Positions 10,751 to 21,747 of a DNA stretch of 64,000 bases are shown here, one piece after another. The position numbers were made by a program, and so were the translations under genes. The notes beneath the pieces were generated by a model. It had not been told where the DNA came from and ran no database searches. It worked only from the letters and a program-made list of their open reading frames with translations. Source of the DNA: Minutocellus sp. GHC0000111 (lineage: Eukaryota); contig OZ361261.1 in the NCBI GenBank assembly GCA_977018835.1, positions 1,860,001-1,924,000 on the forward strand, given 5' to 3'. Each line of letters starts with the position of its first letter. The first letter of the stretch is position 1.

Positions 10751-10902
10751 TAATCGAATTCTGCCAGGAATACGAATTCCCAATACTGCTAAAAGAATGC
10801 TACGGGACTCGCACTCGCACAACCGGTTAACTACTCAGCGCATTCAAGCACGGAAGGCAGTCTCTACTTATGAATGCTACATTCCCCGGCTGATTTTGTC
10901 TA
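10751..10902 (-). repeat. LTR copy (5' LTR in minus orientation)
   Basis: Direct repeat of 10413-10564. Confidence 0.95.
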
Positions 10903-11221
10903 TGGTCCCCGCCCGGCGAGCAGGCGCCAAGCTTCCCCCCTATAAAAGGGGCTTTCCCTTTTTGGCGAGGATGGACGCTACATGTGTAGCCGAGGTCCTG
11001 GTGTCCTGGTGAAGGTTGCCTCGATCTTCTACCGGTAGCTAGATCTACTGTAGATCTACATGCACGACGAGTCGTTGGCTAAATCCACATCTCCAATGAT
11101 ATGATAGCAATTGCTACGGATAAACATAGGATACTAATTCCATAAGTTGCGATTTATGCTACAAATAAATGCAAATGCATGGAAAAAAAATCATTACCAT
11201 CATCATTCCTGCAAACGTCCA

Positions 11222-13204
11222 TCACTCTGCCGTCTTTTTCTTCTTCTTCCGCCGCCGAGCCTTTGCCGCCTCGGCCTTTTGTCGAAGCATTTCCATCTTT
11301 TCTGCTTTTCTCTTGGCCTCTGCAGCGGCAGCCTCTGCCTCTGCAGCGGCCTTGGCAGCCTCCTCTTCGGCTTGCCGTAATTCATCTTCATCGTCGACGA
11401 CAGTGTCGGCAGCATCCCAACCCTCTGGGACAAACTCCGATGCATCGGCTCCAGACTCCACGATGCCCATGACGGCACCGCTGTCTCTTTCAATCCCCGC
11501 AAAAGCTTCCACCTCGGCGTCAAACATGTTCAGTCCATTCTTGAAACGACGGCACGGTAAGCTCTGTAACTTGCCAATCGCATTGGTTCCTTCAACAATT
11601 ACTTCGAGACCATCTAACGGATCCACGGGTGGTGGCAACGGCGATTGGCCGGCTCCCTGAGCTTCGATATCAATTCCGCCACCGAGCTGCAAACCCATTG
11701 GCTCCATCTTTGACAGTATCGAATCAGGCCGGCGGATGAGCGTCAGACCGACAGTTGTGGGCTCTCCCGTACCACCTTTTTCTGCAATCGATGTGATCAT
11801 ACCGGCCTTGATCTTGCCAGCAGAACCAAGTACGTAGATGTCGTCACCAGGGATAGGTTGTTTCGAGCCACTCTCATCACTAAAAGGAGAGGTAGCATCG
11901 GCACCGAGCAACGAAGCAAGATCCATCATATTGTCGTCGCCCAGATCATCTGCCGGCGAAGTACCATAGGCATTATTATCCTCATGAAAGACCACCGAAT
12001 AGAGTGACCGAGGAATGCCCCTCTTGTTCTTGAGTAGCGCCGATATCGCTTCTTGGCCTAGATAGCACCCCTTGGTTTCATCTACTGCAGACTCAAGATG
12101 CAGCTCCAGCGGACTCGCCTTGGCTCCCACACCAATTGCTGCATTTTCGCCACCAGCACCATCATCCTTATCGTTGTCTGGATCGATGTCACCAGTCATT
12201 TCACGGCCATATGCCGGCCATCCACCTTCAATGCGCAATGTTTCCCATTCAAGAGGACCAAGCTCCACTGGTGCCTGATCATCGAACTCGGCAGTGAGGG
12301 CATCCCAAATGCATTGAGCTGTATCTCCATTACCTGTTCCAGATATCACGAATGTGTACCCCACACATACACATTCCGGCAAGAAAGTAGACGGCAAAAT
12401 TATGATATCGGTGCCATCGTCGGTCGATACTCTGGTGCACTCTCCACGTTGTGGCAGCGTGAAGCCCACCGACAAATTCAGATTGGACGTCACATATCGC
12501 ATTACCGATTCCTCTACATGGCTCAGCTTGGTCGCGGCCACAGTGATAACCCGAGTGGGTGCCTTGGATGTGTCCATCATGTCGGTCAATTTCACACCGT
12601 CCATGGGAAACACGTAGGGGTCCAACCGATTGAACAACGTCGATCCACCATGACCAGGTGACGTGAGGAGATATGCTTCGGATGATTCATCATCATCGTT
12701 CTCACTCAGGCTAGGAAAGAGTGAAACTGATATTCTGTCAACAGTCCGACCTCTTGGCGTCAACAAACAAGAGTCCACCAGCTTGCCATGGCCGTCACTT
12801 TTGGTGCCACCTTCCAAATCAAAGGAATTGCTCAACTTGCCCTCCAAAAATTGCTGGACGCCGCTACCATCGACTTTCACAACTCCCACACCAAACTCGT
12901 CGTGGGAGGTAAAGTCGATGCACACCCCGTTGGGTGAACGGAGTGCCGATCGGACGGCCTCACCGCGCATCCCGGCGGGCAGCTCTCGGGGGAATGTCGA
13001 TGCCAGTTCATCTGACTTTGCTTGGGCGCTGTTGTTGTGGGAGGTACTAATATCGGATGACGCACGAAGCGCAAGTGATGAGATCGGAAGACGATGGTTC
13101 GGCCTGCATGTGCTCGTTTTGGGAGTGAAGGAAAAAGCAGCACATGTTATTATTTGGGCCCCAACGAGAGCCAGAAAAGCGACGCTTTGGGGAGGGAAGG
13201 CCAT
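11222..13204 (-). CDS. YgfZ/Iba57-family folate-dependent protein (GcvT fold), probably plastid-targeted
   Basis: Signature KGCYLGQE; LLTPRGRTVD; ETLRIEGGWP. N-terminal signal peptide ending CAA-F followed by a Ser/Thr-rich transit-like segment. Confidence 0.88.
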   Translation of the reverse strand: MAFPPQSVAFLALVGAQIITCAAFSFTPKTSTCRPNHRLPISSLALRASSDISTSHNNSAQAKSDELASTFPRELPAGMRGEAVRSALRSPNGVCIDFTSHDEFGVGVVKVDGSGVQQFLEGKLSNSFDLEGGTKSDGHGKLVDSCLLTPRGRTVDRISVSLFPSLSENDDDESSEAYLLTSPGHGGSTLFNRLDPYVFPMDGVKLTDMMDTSKAPTRVITVAATKLSHVEESVMRYVTSNLNLSVGFTLPQRGECTRVSTDDGTDIIILPSTFLPECVCVGYTFVISGTGNGDTAQCIWDALTAEFDDQAPVELGPLEWETLRIEGGWPAYGREMTGDIDPDNDKDDGAGGENAAIGVGAKASPLELHLESAVDETKGCYLGQEAISALLKNKRGIPRSLYSVVFHEDNNAYGTSPADDLGDDNMMDLASLLGADATSPFSDESGSKQPIPGDDIYVLGSAGKIKAGMITSIAEKGGTGEPTTVGLTLIRRPDSILSKMEPMGLQLGGGIDIEAQGAGQSPLPPPVDPLDGLEVIVEGTNAIGKLQSLPCRRFKNGLNMFDAEVEAFAGIERDSGAVMGIVESGADASEFVPEGWDAADTVVDDEDELRQAEEEAAKAAAEAEAAAAEAKRKAEKMEMLRQKAEAAKARRRKKKKKTAE

Positions 13205-13267
13205 CGTTTCAAAATGAGACCGTCATCTTGCCGCTTCTATGAGGTTAGTTAGGTAGTTAGCATTATA

Positions 13268-16200
13268 CCAATGACCCCAAAAAGACGTGTCACAACCAGC
13301 CCTCGAAAAACACCTCTGTCATTTCTCGTGACTTGGTCCGTTGGGGAACACCTTTCGGTTTCAGAGGATTTGTAGAGGGTATACCAATAACCCCTAAAAA
13401 AGGTCATTCTTGCACCCATTTCTCATTTCCCACCAGGTGTTTTGTTAGTCGACATTCTCTTCGGGAGGAACGCAAACACTCCTCAACTCGTGGATATCTA
13501 CTGGACCTGCTCATTCAGTAGGTTGCCACCGACCAGTAGTATCCACTGAATTCGCAGGTCCAGTAGATTCTGGCAGGAACACATGTATTTTTTGGTCCCC
13601 CGCACAACACCCCCCCTCTCAACTCACACACACCGCAACCCGCAAATTTTGTGACGAAGACGACGACCAACCAGACCACGCCCAAAAAATACAAACGCAG
13701 CAGAACTTCGTTCTCAGGGAGCAAGAGAGGCAACTCCAAGGCATCCAGGAAGGCGGCAAAGGCGGCAGCTGAGCCGAAAACACCATCGCCGAGCGCAAAC
13801 ACGTCGAAGAAGCGGCCACGGTCGTTCGTCTCAAATTCGCCGCCCGCCAAACCGTCACCGTCGTCGGCGAAGAAGAGGACGGCCCCTCCTCCTATCCCCA
13901 TGGCCTTTCTCCTTGCAGCAGATGTCATTCGAAGGGCTGGTAAGGATCTGTGGTGGAGAGCAACCCCCGATTCCTGCGGCAAAGATGACATTTTTGTGTT
14001 GGTTCTCGGCAGAAATGGGAAGACGTCCTCCCCCTGCTTTCATCGAGGCCGACTTGTTGCGTTCCAAGTCCGTCGGTGGAGGAAAGCATGAGCTACAGTG
14101 CAACGAGGAAAAATGGAAGGACATGCAGCAACATCTCAAGGAGCGTTGTAGTTTGAAGTTGCACTTGTCGACGCATCGGCCGAGAGGGAAGACAAGACGC
14201 AGGGCGCTTTGTGTTTGTGCTCACAGGTTGCGCAAAAAGAAGGAGGACAACCACCCGAAATTCTCTGGACCGGAGGGACAGAAGGTGCACGAGAAAAGAA
14301 ATCCCGATGAAGTTCTGTTCTCTGGGCGCTCGACTGTCTTAGCTACTAAACTAGGTGAGAGGTTGTCAGCTCACAGAAAGGAGGTGCAGTCAGCGCATTG
14401 CGAAGCAAGAGCAAAATCACTAGTCGACGAGGCCAAGAAACTGGGTTGGATGCCAGCAAGTCTCCTCAGCATGCTGAAGGGAACTGGTGATGCTTCCGCC
14501 ACTGAAGCAGCTGCAGCCTCCCCCAATGATGAAGGTTTAGGAGAGGAGCCGACACTTCCGTTGTCTCTGTGCCACCTCCAGTGACATTGATGAACAGGTG
14601 AAGGTCGCGCTCTCGGCCTCGACTTTGTTGTTCGGATGGCCAACGATGACATGCTCCGTCCTCCTCGTCCCAATGCAACCGTCACCGAACCAACACCAAT
14701 CAGAAAAGAAAAAAGCAGGCGAATGAAAGAATGCGGTTCAGCGCCGTGGCTCTCGCGGATTGGTGGGGATGCGGCGACCCAACTCGCACGCATGAAGACC
14801 GGCAACAAATTGCAACTGCCGCGCGTGTCGGCAAGTTGCTGCGCACGATCACGGTTGTGCCAAGTCAACCGGTGGTTCTCAGCTTTACAAGTGGAGAGAC
14901 CAGCTCTACAAAAGCCTTGCTGATGGCATCAGCAATCCCATCGGCAGAAAGGAGGTTCGTGGAAGGAAGGCATGCACGGACATGATCGAGGAGAAGGAGC
15001 CAGGATGTCTCCGCGAGCTGCATCGGTGTGCTGCTCGGATGAAGGGTGCGATGGCAACCTTTAAGGAGGAGCTAGCTGACTGCATGAGCGCAAAATCAGC
15101 TACTCCAGATGATGAAGACAGGCTGACAATTAGTCTCCATCGTCTTCAGCTTTTTCGCTGGTGGAAAAAGCAAGGCGGTGAGGAGAAGTCGTCGATCGAG
15201 AAGCCGAGGCTCACCCCCGAACATTGCAGGGGAAGCGACTTGATTGGATCGAAAAGTGGGAGGACACCACGACCGATCCCAACATTCCTGTAGCGTGTCT
15301 TGATGAAAAGTGGTTTTACACTGCTACTCGGCGACGAAAGATCAAGATGTTGCCTGCCACTTTCTGACGAAGAGCTAAGCAGTCCGAACCTCGCGTCTGT
15401 CCATGCTTCCGAGGCAAGCCCGAAAATTCGATCCAGAAGACACCCTGTCAAAGTTGTGTGTCTTGGAGTTGTTGGCCGACCAATGAAGGATGAAACCAAA
15501 GACGTTGATTTCAATGGGCGCATCATGATCAAGAGAGTCGCCAGGGAGCAGAAGGTGGAAAAGCTTGCGCGTAATCAGAATTTCTCTCCAGATGCTAAGG
15601 TCAACGATGCGCTAAAAATGACAAAGATTGGCGCGACATTTGCGACGAGAATGCTGACATGACCGCCGGCCATCTTTGCGACCACATTGCCGAAATCTAC
15701 GGCCTTTCTGAGTTTGTTACAGAGCGATTGGAACTTCAACACGAGGACTATAAATCCGACGGTCAGGCAAAAAGTCGCAAGCATGCCGCTGTTGGCTACA
15801 ATCAAAAGTTCTCGAGTCTCAAGCGACACACACACTCCTGATAGCAATGGAGAGAAGGTGAAGGTTGAGATCGACGACCTTGAGCTCGGGGTGCGGTATC
15901 AACGGGGCGATAAGGTTACCAAGGACTGTAGCTGCGACTCCAAATGGATGTTGGAGACTATGAGAATGAGGTCGGGAAGGCGATTCGAGACGCACATCAT
16001 TGGGTGAAGTGGGATCCACAAAATATTCAGGAGTCTGATGTCATGTGTCTTATGATGGACAATGCCGGCGGTCATGGGTCCAATGAAGCAGTTGAGAAGT
16101 ACACCGAGGACCTCAAAAACAAATATAAGATTGAGATAATCCAGCAGGTTCCTCGGTCGCCCGAGACAAATGTTCTTGATCTCGGCATCTGGATGTCTTT

Positions 16201-16979
16201 GCAGTCGGCCGTTGAAAAGGAGCATCGCGGTCAGAAGAATGATGCGAATGCTCTTGACAAGACTGTGATGAAAGTGTGGGCCAATGTCGCATCAAAAGAG
16301 GCCTTTCTCAATGTATTTGGAAAACTTCCAGTGATATATAACAACATCAAGAGAAGTCGTGGCGGTAACAATCTTGTGGAGACCAGACGGGGAAAGGCTG
16401 GTGGTCTCTCGCAAAAATTGCCGAGGAAGAGAAGCTGAAGAGGATGGTGAACCACTCTGGCCAATTGATGCTCCCGGCGAAGATGATGACATTGAGGACG
16501 ACATAGATGAAAATGATGAAGACGATGGAGTCATTGATTTGCTATAACTTATCATAGCATGTCCATTTCTATTCATTACATTTTGATTTGGTTGGTGCTT
16601 CCATCCAAAAATGTGTTTTTTCCCGGGGTGAGGAATGTGCAAATGTCGAAAAAAATCATCACATAATGTACATTTATTGGTTCTGGTGCACAATATCTCT
16701 CGACTATATGTAGGCCTAGAAGTTGGTGACCATAACTTGGTTCTTGCCCCGACTTCCATCTTGGCCGTCATTTATTCCTCGGAGTTAGAAATAGTGAGCT
16801 TGGATTTTTGGTCTGGTGTGGTCGTGTTTCTAATACGTCATCATCGCGTCACTTTCAAATCCTCTGAACTCGAAAGGTACCGCGGCAAGCAAGATAGGAA
16901 GATACCGGCCCGAGAGGCAACACATCATAGCCACACAGACGCAACGACCCCCCTCTACAACTATTATATTATCCATTGG
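13268..16979 (+). mobile_element. Decayed Tc1/mariner DNA transposon, DD39D (plant-mariner-like) type; ends uncertain
   Basis: Frameshifted transposase with LDEKWFYT (D at 15302), KVVCLGVVGRP, MDNAGGH (D at 16058) and PRSPETNVLDLG (D at 16178); 39 residues separate the last two Asp. Only short candidate inverted ends were found. Confidence 0.75.
13900..16547 (+). pseudogene. Fragmented DD39D transposase
   Basis: Successive + strand fragments (13913-14584, 14982-15293, 15300-15662, 15659-15841, 15687-16007, 15944-16438) end in an acidic tail and a stop at 16547. The 5' limit is approximate. Confidence 0.75.
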
Positions 16980-17080
16980 TAGAGGCGGGGAAGGAAATTC
17001 GTGTCACATCCCGGGGGGCAAGTCTTGGTTGAAAATCGCGGCACAAATAAATTTCAAAATAAACAAATTCCGGAAACGAA

Positions 17081-20000
17081 ATGACCGCCGAAGCCGAGGG
17101 CAGTGGTTCTTCTGCCGCCGCCGCTGCTGCCGAGGCGGCGCCGGTCTCGCTGTCCCGGCAGGTGACTCCTGTGTTGTCCAATGATTCCTCCGATCGAGAT
17201 CAAAATCGAGACAAGGAACGAAAGGGCAAGTTAAAAACTGGGCTGCTCCTCGGCGGCGGAGGCGGAAAATCGAAGAAGTCGGCGGCCGACAAATCCAAGA
17301 CAGCCAAGGCAGCGGCGAATGCAGCAATGGATACTACCGAAACCGCCACAATAAACACCACCGCCACGGGCAGCAGCAACAGCATCACGGCCGCGACGAG
17401 TTTGGGGACGGGCAACATCATGGACGCCAGCTCGGGCAGCGGACGGGTTTCGTCGCATGCCGGAAGTTTTACCTGCGGTCAGCCGTCCCCGTTGATTACC
17501 CACAAGAAGCACGCCGGTGCCGCTCATCCCGGCAAGGGAGGGCGGTTGCACGCCGCCGCCGCCTCGGGGGCGATACCTCCCATGCCCTTTTCGGATGGCG
17601 GTGCTGCTGGTGGTAGTGGCGGTGCAGCAGATGCGAGTGGTAGAAGTAAGAAGAAGGCATCCAAGAGTCCCAAGCGAGGGGGCATCAAGACCAGTACTGC
17701 AAGTGCAAGTACTGCCAAGATGGACGAGCAAGAAGCAACGTCCGGCGACGAAGCAATATCAAGTGGGGGTGGTAAGCCCAGTGCCGTCGGTTCGCACAAT
17801 CGATCGGCGAGCTTGCCGGACTACTTTAGCCATTCCATCTCGAGCGATCCCGGTGCCGCGGGCGCAGTCGGAACAGCGGCCGGTGCAGGCGCAGGCACGG
17901 GATCCCTGGCCGACGCCGCCAGCGCCGCCACCTCCGACATGGACACGCTGGCCCCCGTCGACATCCACATCGACGACGACAGTCCCGCCGCCGAGGCTCT
18001 GCGGGCCAACGCGGCCGTGTCCGTGTCGAGGTTCAACAAGGCGGCCCGGGGCATCAACGCCCAGACCTTGCCCCGGGCCGTCAAGAGGGGGATGGGCATG
18101 GTCAAGGCCCGGTCGTCCTTTGGCGATCGGAGGGGCAAGCCGCCCAGAGTGCCCGAGCACGGCATCAATACTAACAGTATACAGCGGAGCAATTCGTTCG
18201 GGACTTTCCCGCCGACCATCCCCTCCATGCGGGACATTTGATGAGTCTGGCCGAGGAGGACGAGGAGGGACACATGAGCTCGGACCTGTCCCAGGAGGCC
18301 GCCAACAAGGCTGCAGCAGCCGCGGCGGGGGGTGCAGGTGTTGGTGTTGGTGCTGATATGGGCGGGGAAGACCTGGAAACGCAGAGCCTGCCGGAGAAGT
18401 TGCCCGGGCGGCAGCATGTGAGTTTTGCGGCGGAACCAGTCGCTGGTCTTGGAGACGATGGGGTTGGCGAACATTCCGTACAGGAGGAGGAGGAGGAGGT
18501 ACCCTACGGCCATGTCGGGGAGCTCGACTCGACAGTTCGTACCGGCCAAAAGACGAAGCCATTGAGAGGGGATGAAGAAGAAAAGACAGAGGTCGAACCG
18601 GCAGATGCAGCTCTCGCAGCGGCGGCTGCCGTTGGCGCTGGGGCAGCTGTTGCCGGGGCTGTAGGGGCGGCTGCAGCGGCTGTCCCTCCAGCACTGCACA
18701 TACCTGCCGCTCTCGACGGGGACAGCGAACCAGACACAATATCTCCCCTCAATGCGACGGGTATGGATCTCATTGTGGACTTCCCAACTACCATCGACAT
18801 TGTGACTGGCCATGAGGAAAGTCCCAGCATTGGCAAATCGGCCCTATCTCGTTTGCGGCATTCACATGCTGCGTCCCCAGATGGCGAGAAATCTGCCAAG
18901 TCCCACCGGAGCAAGGAAACACGTTTTGCGCGATCCCTGGACAAACATTTGTCGGAGCAGCTGCGACGAAAAAAACGCAAGAAGGAGAAGCTAGCCAAGC
19001 GCAAGTCGTACGTTCGGGGCAAGGTGATTGACGGCAAGCACGAGCTGTACACTCTGAGTATTGCCGTCATGCTCGGGTTGCGAACCAGTATCAGCCAAAC
19101 CAACAAGCAGCTCATGACCAACGCATCGAACTTGACCGGCACAGACAAGCATCGGCATCAGCTGCAATGGCTCGATGGGGATGATTTCATGGCGGTGGAA
19201 AAGTACGAGTTCCGACCCCGTGGAACGGACAGGACGCCGCCTCACAAATTGTCGCACACCTTCAAGTTCAAGGATTATTCTCCTTTGGCATTTGCGTACA
19301 TTCGGCGGATGTTTGGCGTGAATGAGTATGAATTCCTATCCAGCGTTTGTGGCAACGCCAATTTCATCGAGTTCATATCCAATGCCAAGTCGGGGCAATT
19401 TTTCTTCTACAGTCACGATGGTCGCTACATGATCAAGACCATGACCAATGCTGAGTCCAAGTTCCTCCGTCGGATACTCCCCCATTACTTTCGCCACTGC
19501 TGTCAGAATCCCAACACTCTCTTGACCAAGTTTCTGGGAATGTATCGCGTCAAACTTTACCATTTGCGGCGAAATGTCAAATTCATCATTATGAACTCGG
19601 TCTTTGATACCGACAAGCATCTGCAGATTTTCTTTGATCTGAAGGGATCGGTGACGGGAAGAGAAGCCAAACCCGGAGAAGAAGTCAAGAAAGACAACGA
19701 CGTTCGAGCCGGCCTTCCCGAGTCGGCATTTACTTTGCCACGGGAGATTCGCGGGCGCATGCGGGAACAGGTTCTTGCGGATTGCAACTTCCTCAAGGAA
19801 ATGAAGATTATGGACTATTCGATGCTTATTGGAGTCCACCACATTCCTGCTGGGACTTCAGTTGGTGGAGGTGCTGCGCGTAAGTCTGGAGGAGCGTCTG
19901 TTAGCTCGGCTAGTACAAGCAGGAAAGTAGCAGGGGGTCGCAATTCATCGATTCGTTCCGCTGGAGGGGGCAGCGGCGGAGGCTTAGTCCCATGTGATAC

Positions 20001-21342
20001 GGATTCGTTGGCCTCGTCGACTGGGCAATCTCTGCGAAGTATGATTGGCAATACACTGAAAGATCGTCCAGCTACCAAGGCCGTCACTGCAGCTGGTGTA
20101 GTCGTTGGAAATACCGTCTTTCCAAAGTCAACGAAAGAAGGTGCGGAAGCAACAGCCGCCGCAGCTGAAATTCGCAGGGACAATCCAAGCAGTATTGAGA
20201 AAAAGAGTAGCTATCTTTCCGACGCTGGGGAGAGCGATCCAAAGCCAAAAAGTGCAGATGTTCATTTGAATTCGACAGGCAACGGGCTCGAATCTGGGTC
20301 GATCAACAAGAAGGAGCCAGACAGTAGCGTGCCCGCTCCGCCTACTCCTGTGGTTTCAATGCCTATACCCCCAATTGAGCCAGTGCTTTCATCGGAGAGC
20401 AAGGTCACTGCTCCCAGCGCTATTGGTGGCGGTATCGACGGCGTGCTATCCGATCGATCAGTCACTTCATACAGCACTATGGACATGATGTATTACGATG
20501 ATGACGATGACTACAGTTACCTGGAGGGAACCTTCACTAGGAAGAAATTGGCCACTGGTGCCACTGCATCCGGCGGCTCCGTCGATGACTGGGATCGATT
20601 TGATCCGGAAATGGCAGTACTGCAAGAAGGTTTAGAGGAGCTCGAGCGCAGGAAGGAGGAAGCCACAGAACAAATGTACTGGCCATTCCATCGGCTTTAC
20701 AATGTCCACGGTAGACGCCGGATGGTTCCTCTTGCCTCCGATGGCCTCGACAGTAACGACAGTGCCGATGACCTCCACGCTCTTGAAGGCGACGATGCCG
20801 CAACTGCCGTCGTGGAGAACAAATCCAAGAATAAAAGTGCCAAGGAGCATTGCTCCTGTCCCCCGAGCCGAGACTCAGTACGAAAGTGGCCTACTCCAAA
20901 GTTTGTAACTCCGATATCCAACCGCAAGGACGGTGGTCTTGTTATGGATACTAGTGGTTTTGAGCTGCCCCTACGACGCGTAGATGCCAAGATGGGAAAG
21001 GTCCAGTACTACGAAGGGAAGATCTTCTACATGGGCATCATCGATGTGCTTCAGCAGTTCAACATCCGCAAGCGTGTGGAGGCCAGATTGCGTCGCCTAC
21101 AGGGTGGTGGATGGCAAGACGCAAGTTGCGTCCATCCAGACTTGTATGCTGACCGATTCGTTCGTTTCTTCGACGAATACTCGCAGAGGATGGCAACAAT
21201 CTCTGAGGGTGCCGAGGAGCAAGACGATGCCGACCTTGAGAATGTCGAAGAGGTTGTGTTTTACAAAAACGAACACGACCGAAGTGACCGTTCGTTGGGA
21301 GAACCTTTGTTTGACGAGGCCGATGATAAGGGTGAAAAATAG
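17081..21342 (+). CDS. Phosphatidylinositol-4-phosphate 5-kinase with long low-complexity N-terminus (one frame break at about 18238)
   Basis: FKFKDYSPLAF, KSGQFFFYSHDGRYMIKT, FDLKGS, KIMDYSMLIG, FYMGIIDVLQ, SCVHPDLYADRF. One extra T at ATTTGATG joins ORF 17081-18241 to 18238-21342. Confidence 0.9.
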
Positions 21343-21747
21343 TAGTCTAAGTTAAGGTGAATTGGTTGAGTCCTCTCTGTTACTTGCATTTATGATCTCA
21401 AAGTACAAGGTCTGTCACTCATGATGATTTATGCAACAGTGAAGGGTATACGTTCGCAATAGATCTGCTTGCGAAATCGTGAAAGATTAGAGTTCAGTCG
21501 AAAGACCAAAATGGTTTCACAAGCTCGGAGACGAAATTTCCTTTCGGCATATCCCAGTCCAAAGATATCGATAAGAAACAATACAAAGCAAGTGCCATAG
21601 TACCCGGTAGTTGGTTTAGATTTGCTGCTTTTTTTTCTTATGTATGTGTTACTTTATCGACAGAAAAAAGGAACTTCGCACATGTGTGCCATTAATTGTC
21701 ACACCAGCTGCCCAATCGTCCCGCCGACAAGAGCAACGGCACGCAGC

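Larger units (their letters stand above)
10413..10902 (-). mobile_element. Non-autonomous miniature LTR retrotransposon (TRIM-like), 490 bp
   Basis: 152-bp direct repeats with 2 mismatches, flanked by TGGT at 10409-10412 and 10903-10906. On the minus strand a TGG-initiated PBS follows the 5' LTR (10750-10738) and a purine tract AAGGGGAG precedes the 3' LTR (10572-10565). No coding capacity. Confidence 0.85.

Noticed and set aside
10413..10902. CRISPR array
   Set aside because: Only two long repeats, eukaryotic context, no cas genes.
10903..10920. Plus-strand PBS (TGGTCCCC...) after the right repeat
   Set aside because: The TGGT is the target-site duplication. PBS and PPT both fit the minus orientation.
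13693..15895. Classical RIP or 5mC deamination as the cause of transposon decay
   Set aside because: Those deplete CpA/CpG and create TpA. Here CpG is retained and TpA in RTAY is lost.
18236..18243. Selenocysteine readthrough or programmed frameshift at TGA-overlap junctions (also 57333)
   Set aside because: The downstream coding is in another frame, and a single homopolymer indel explains it, as at many other sites.
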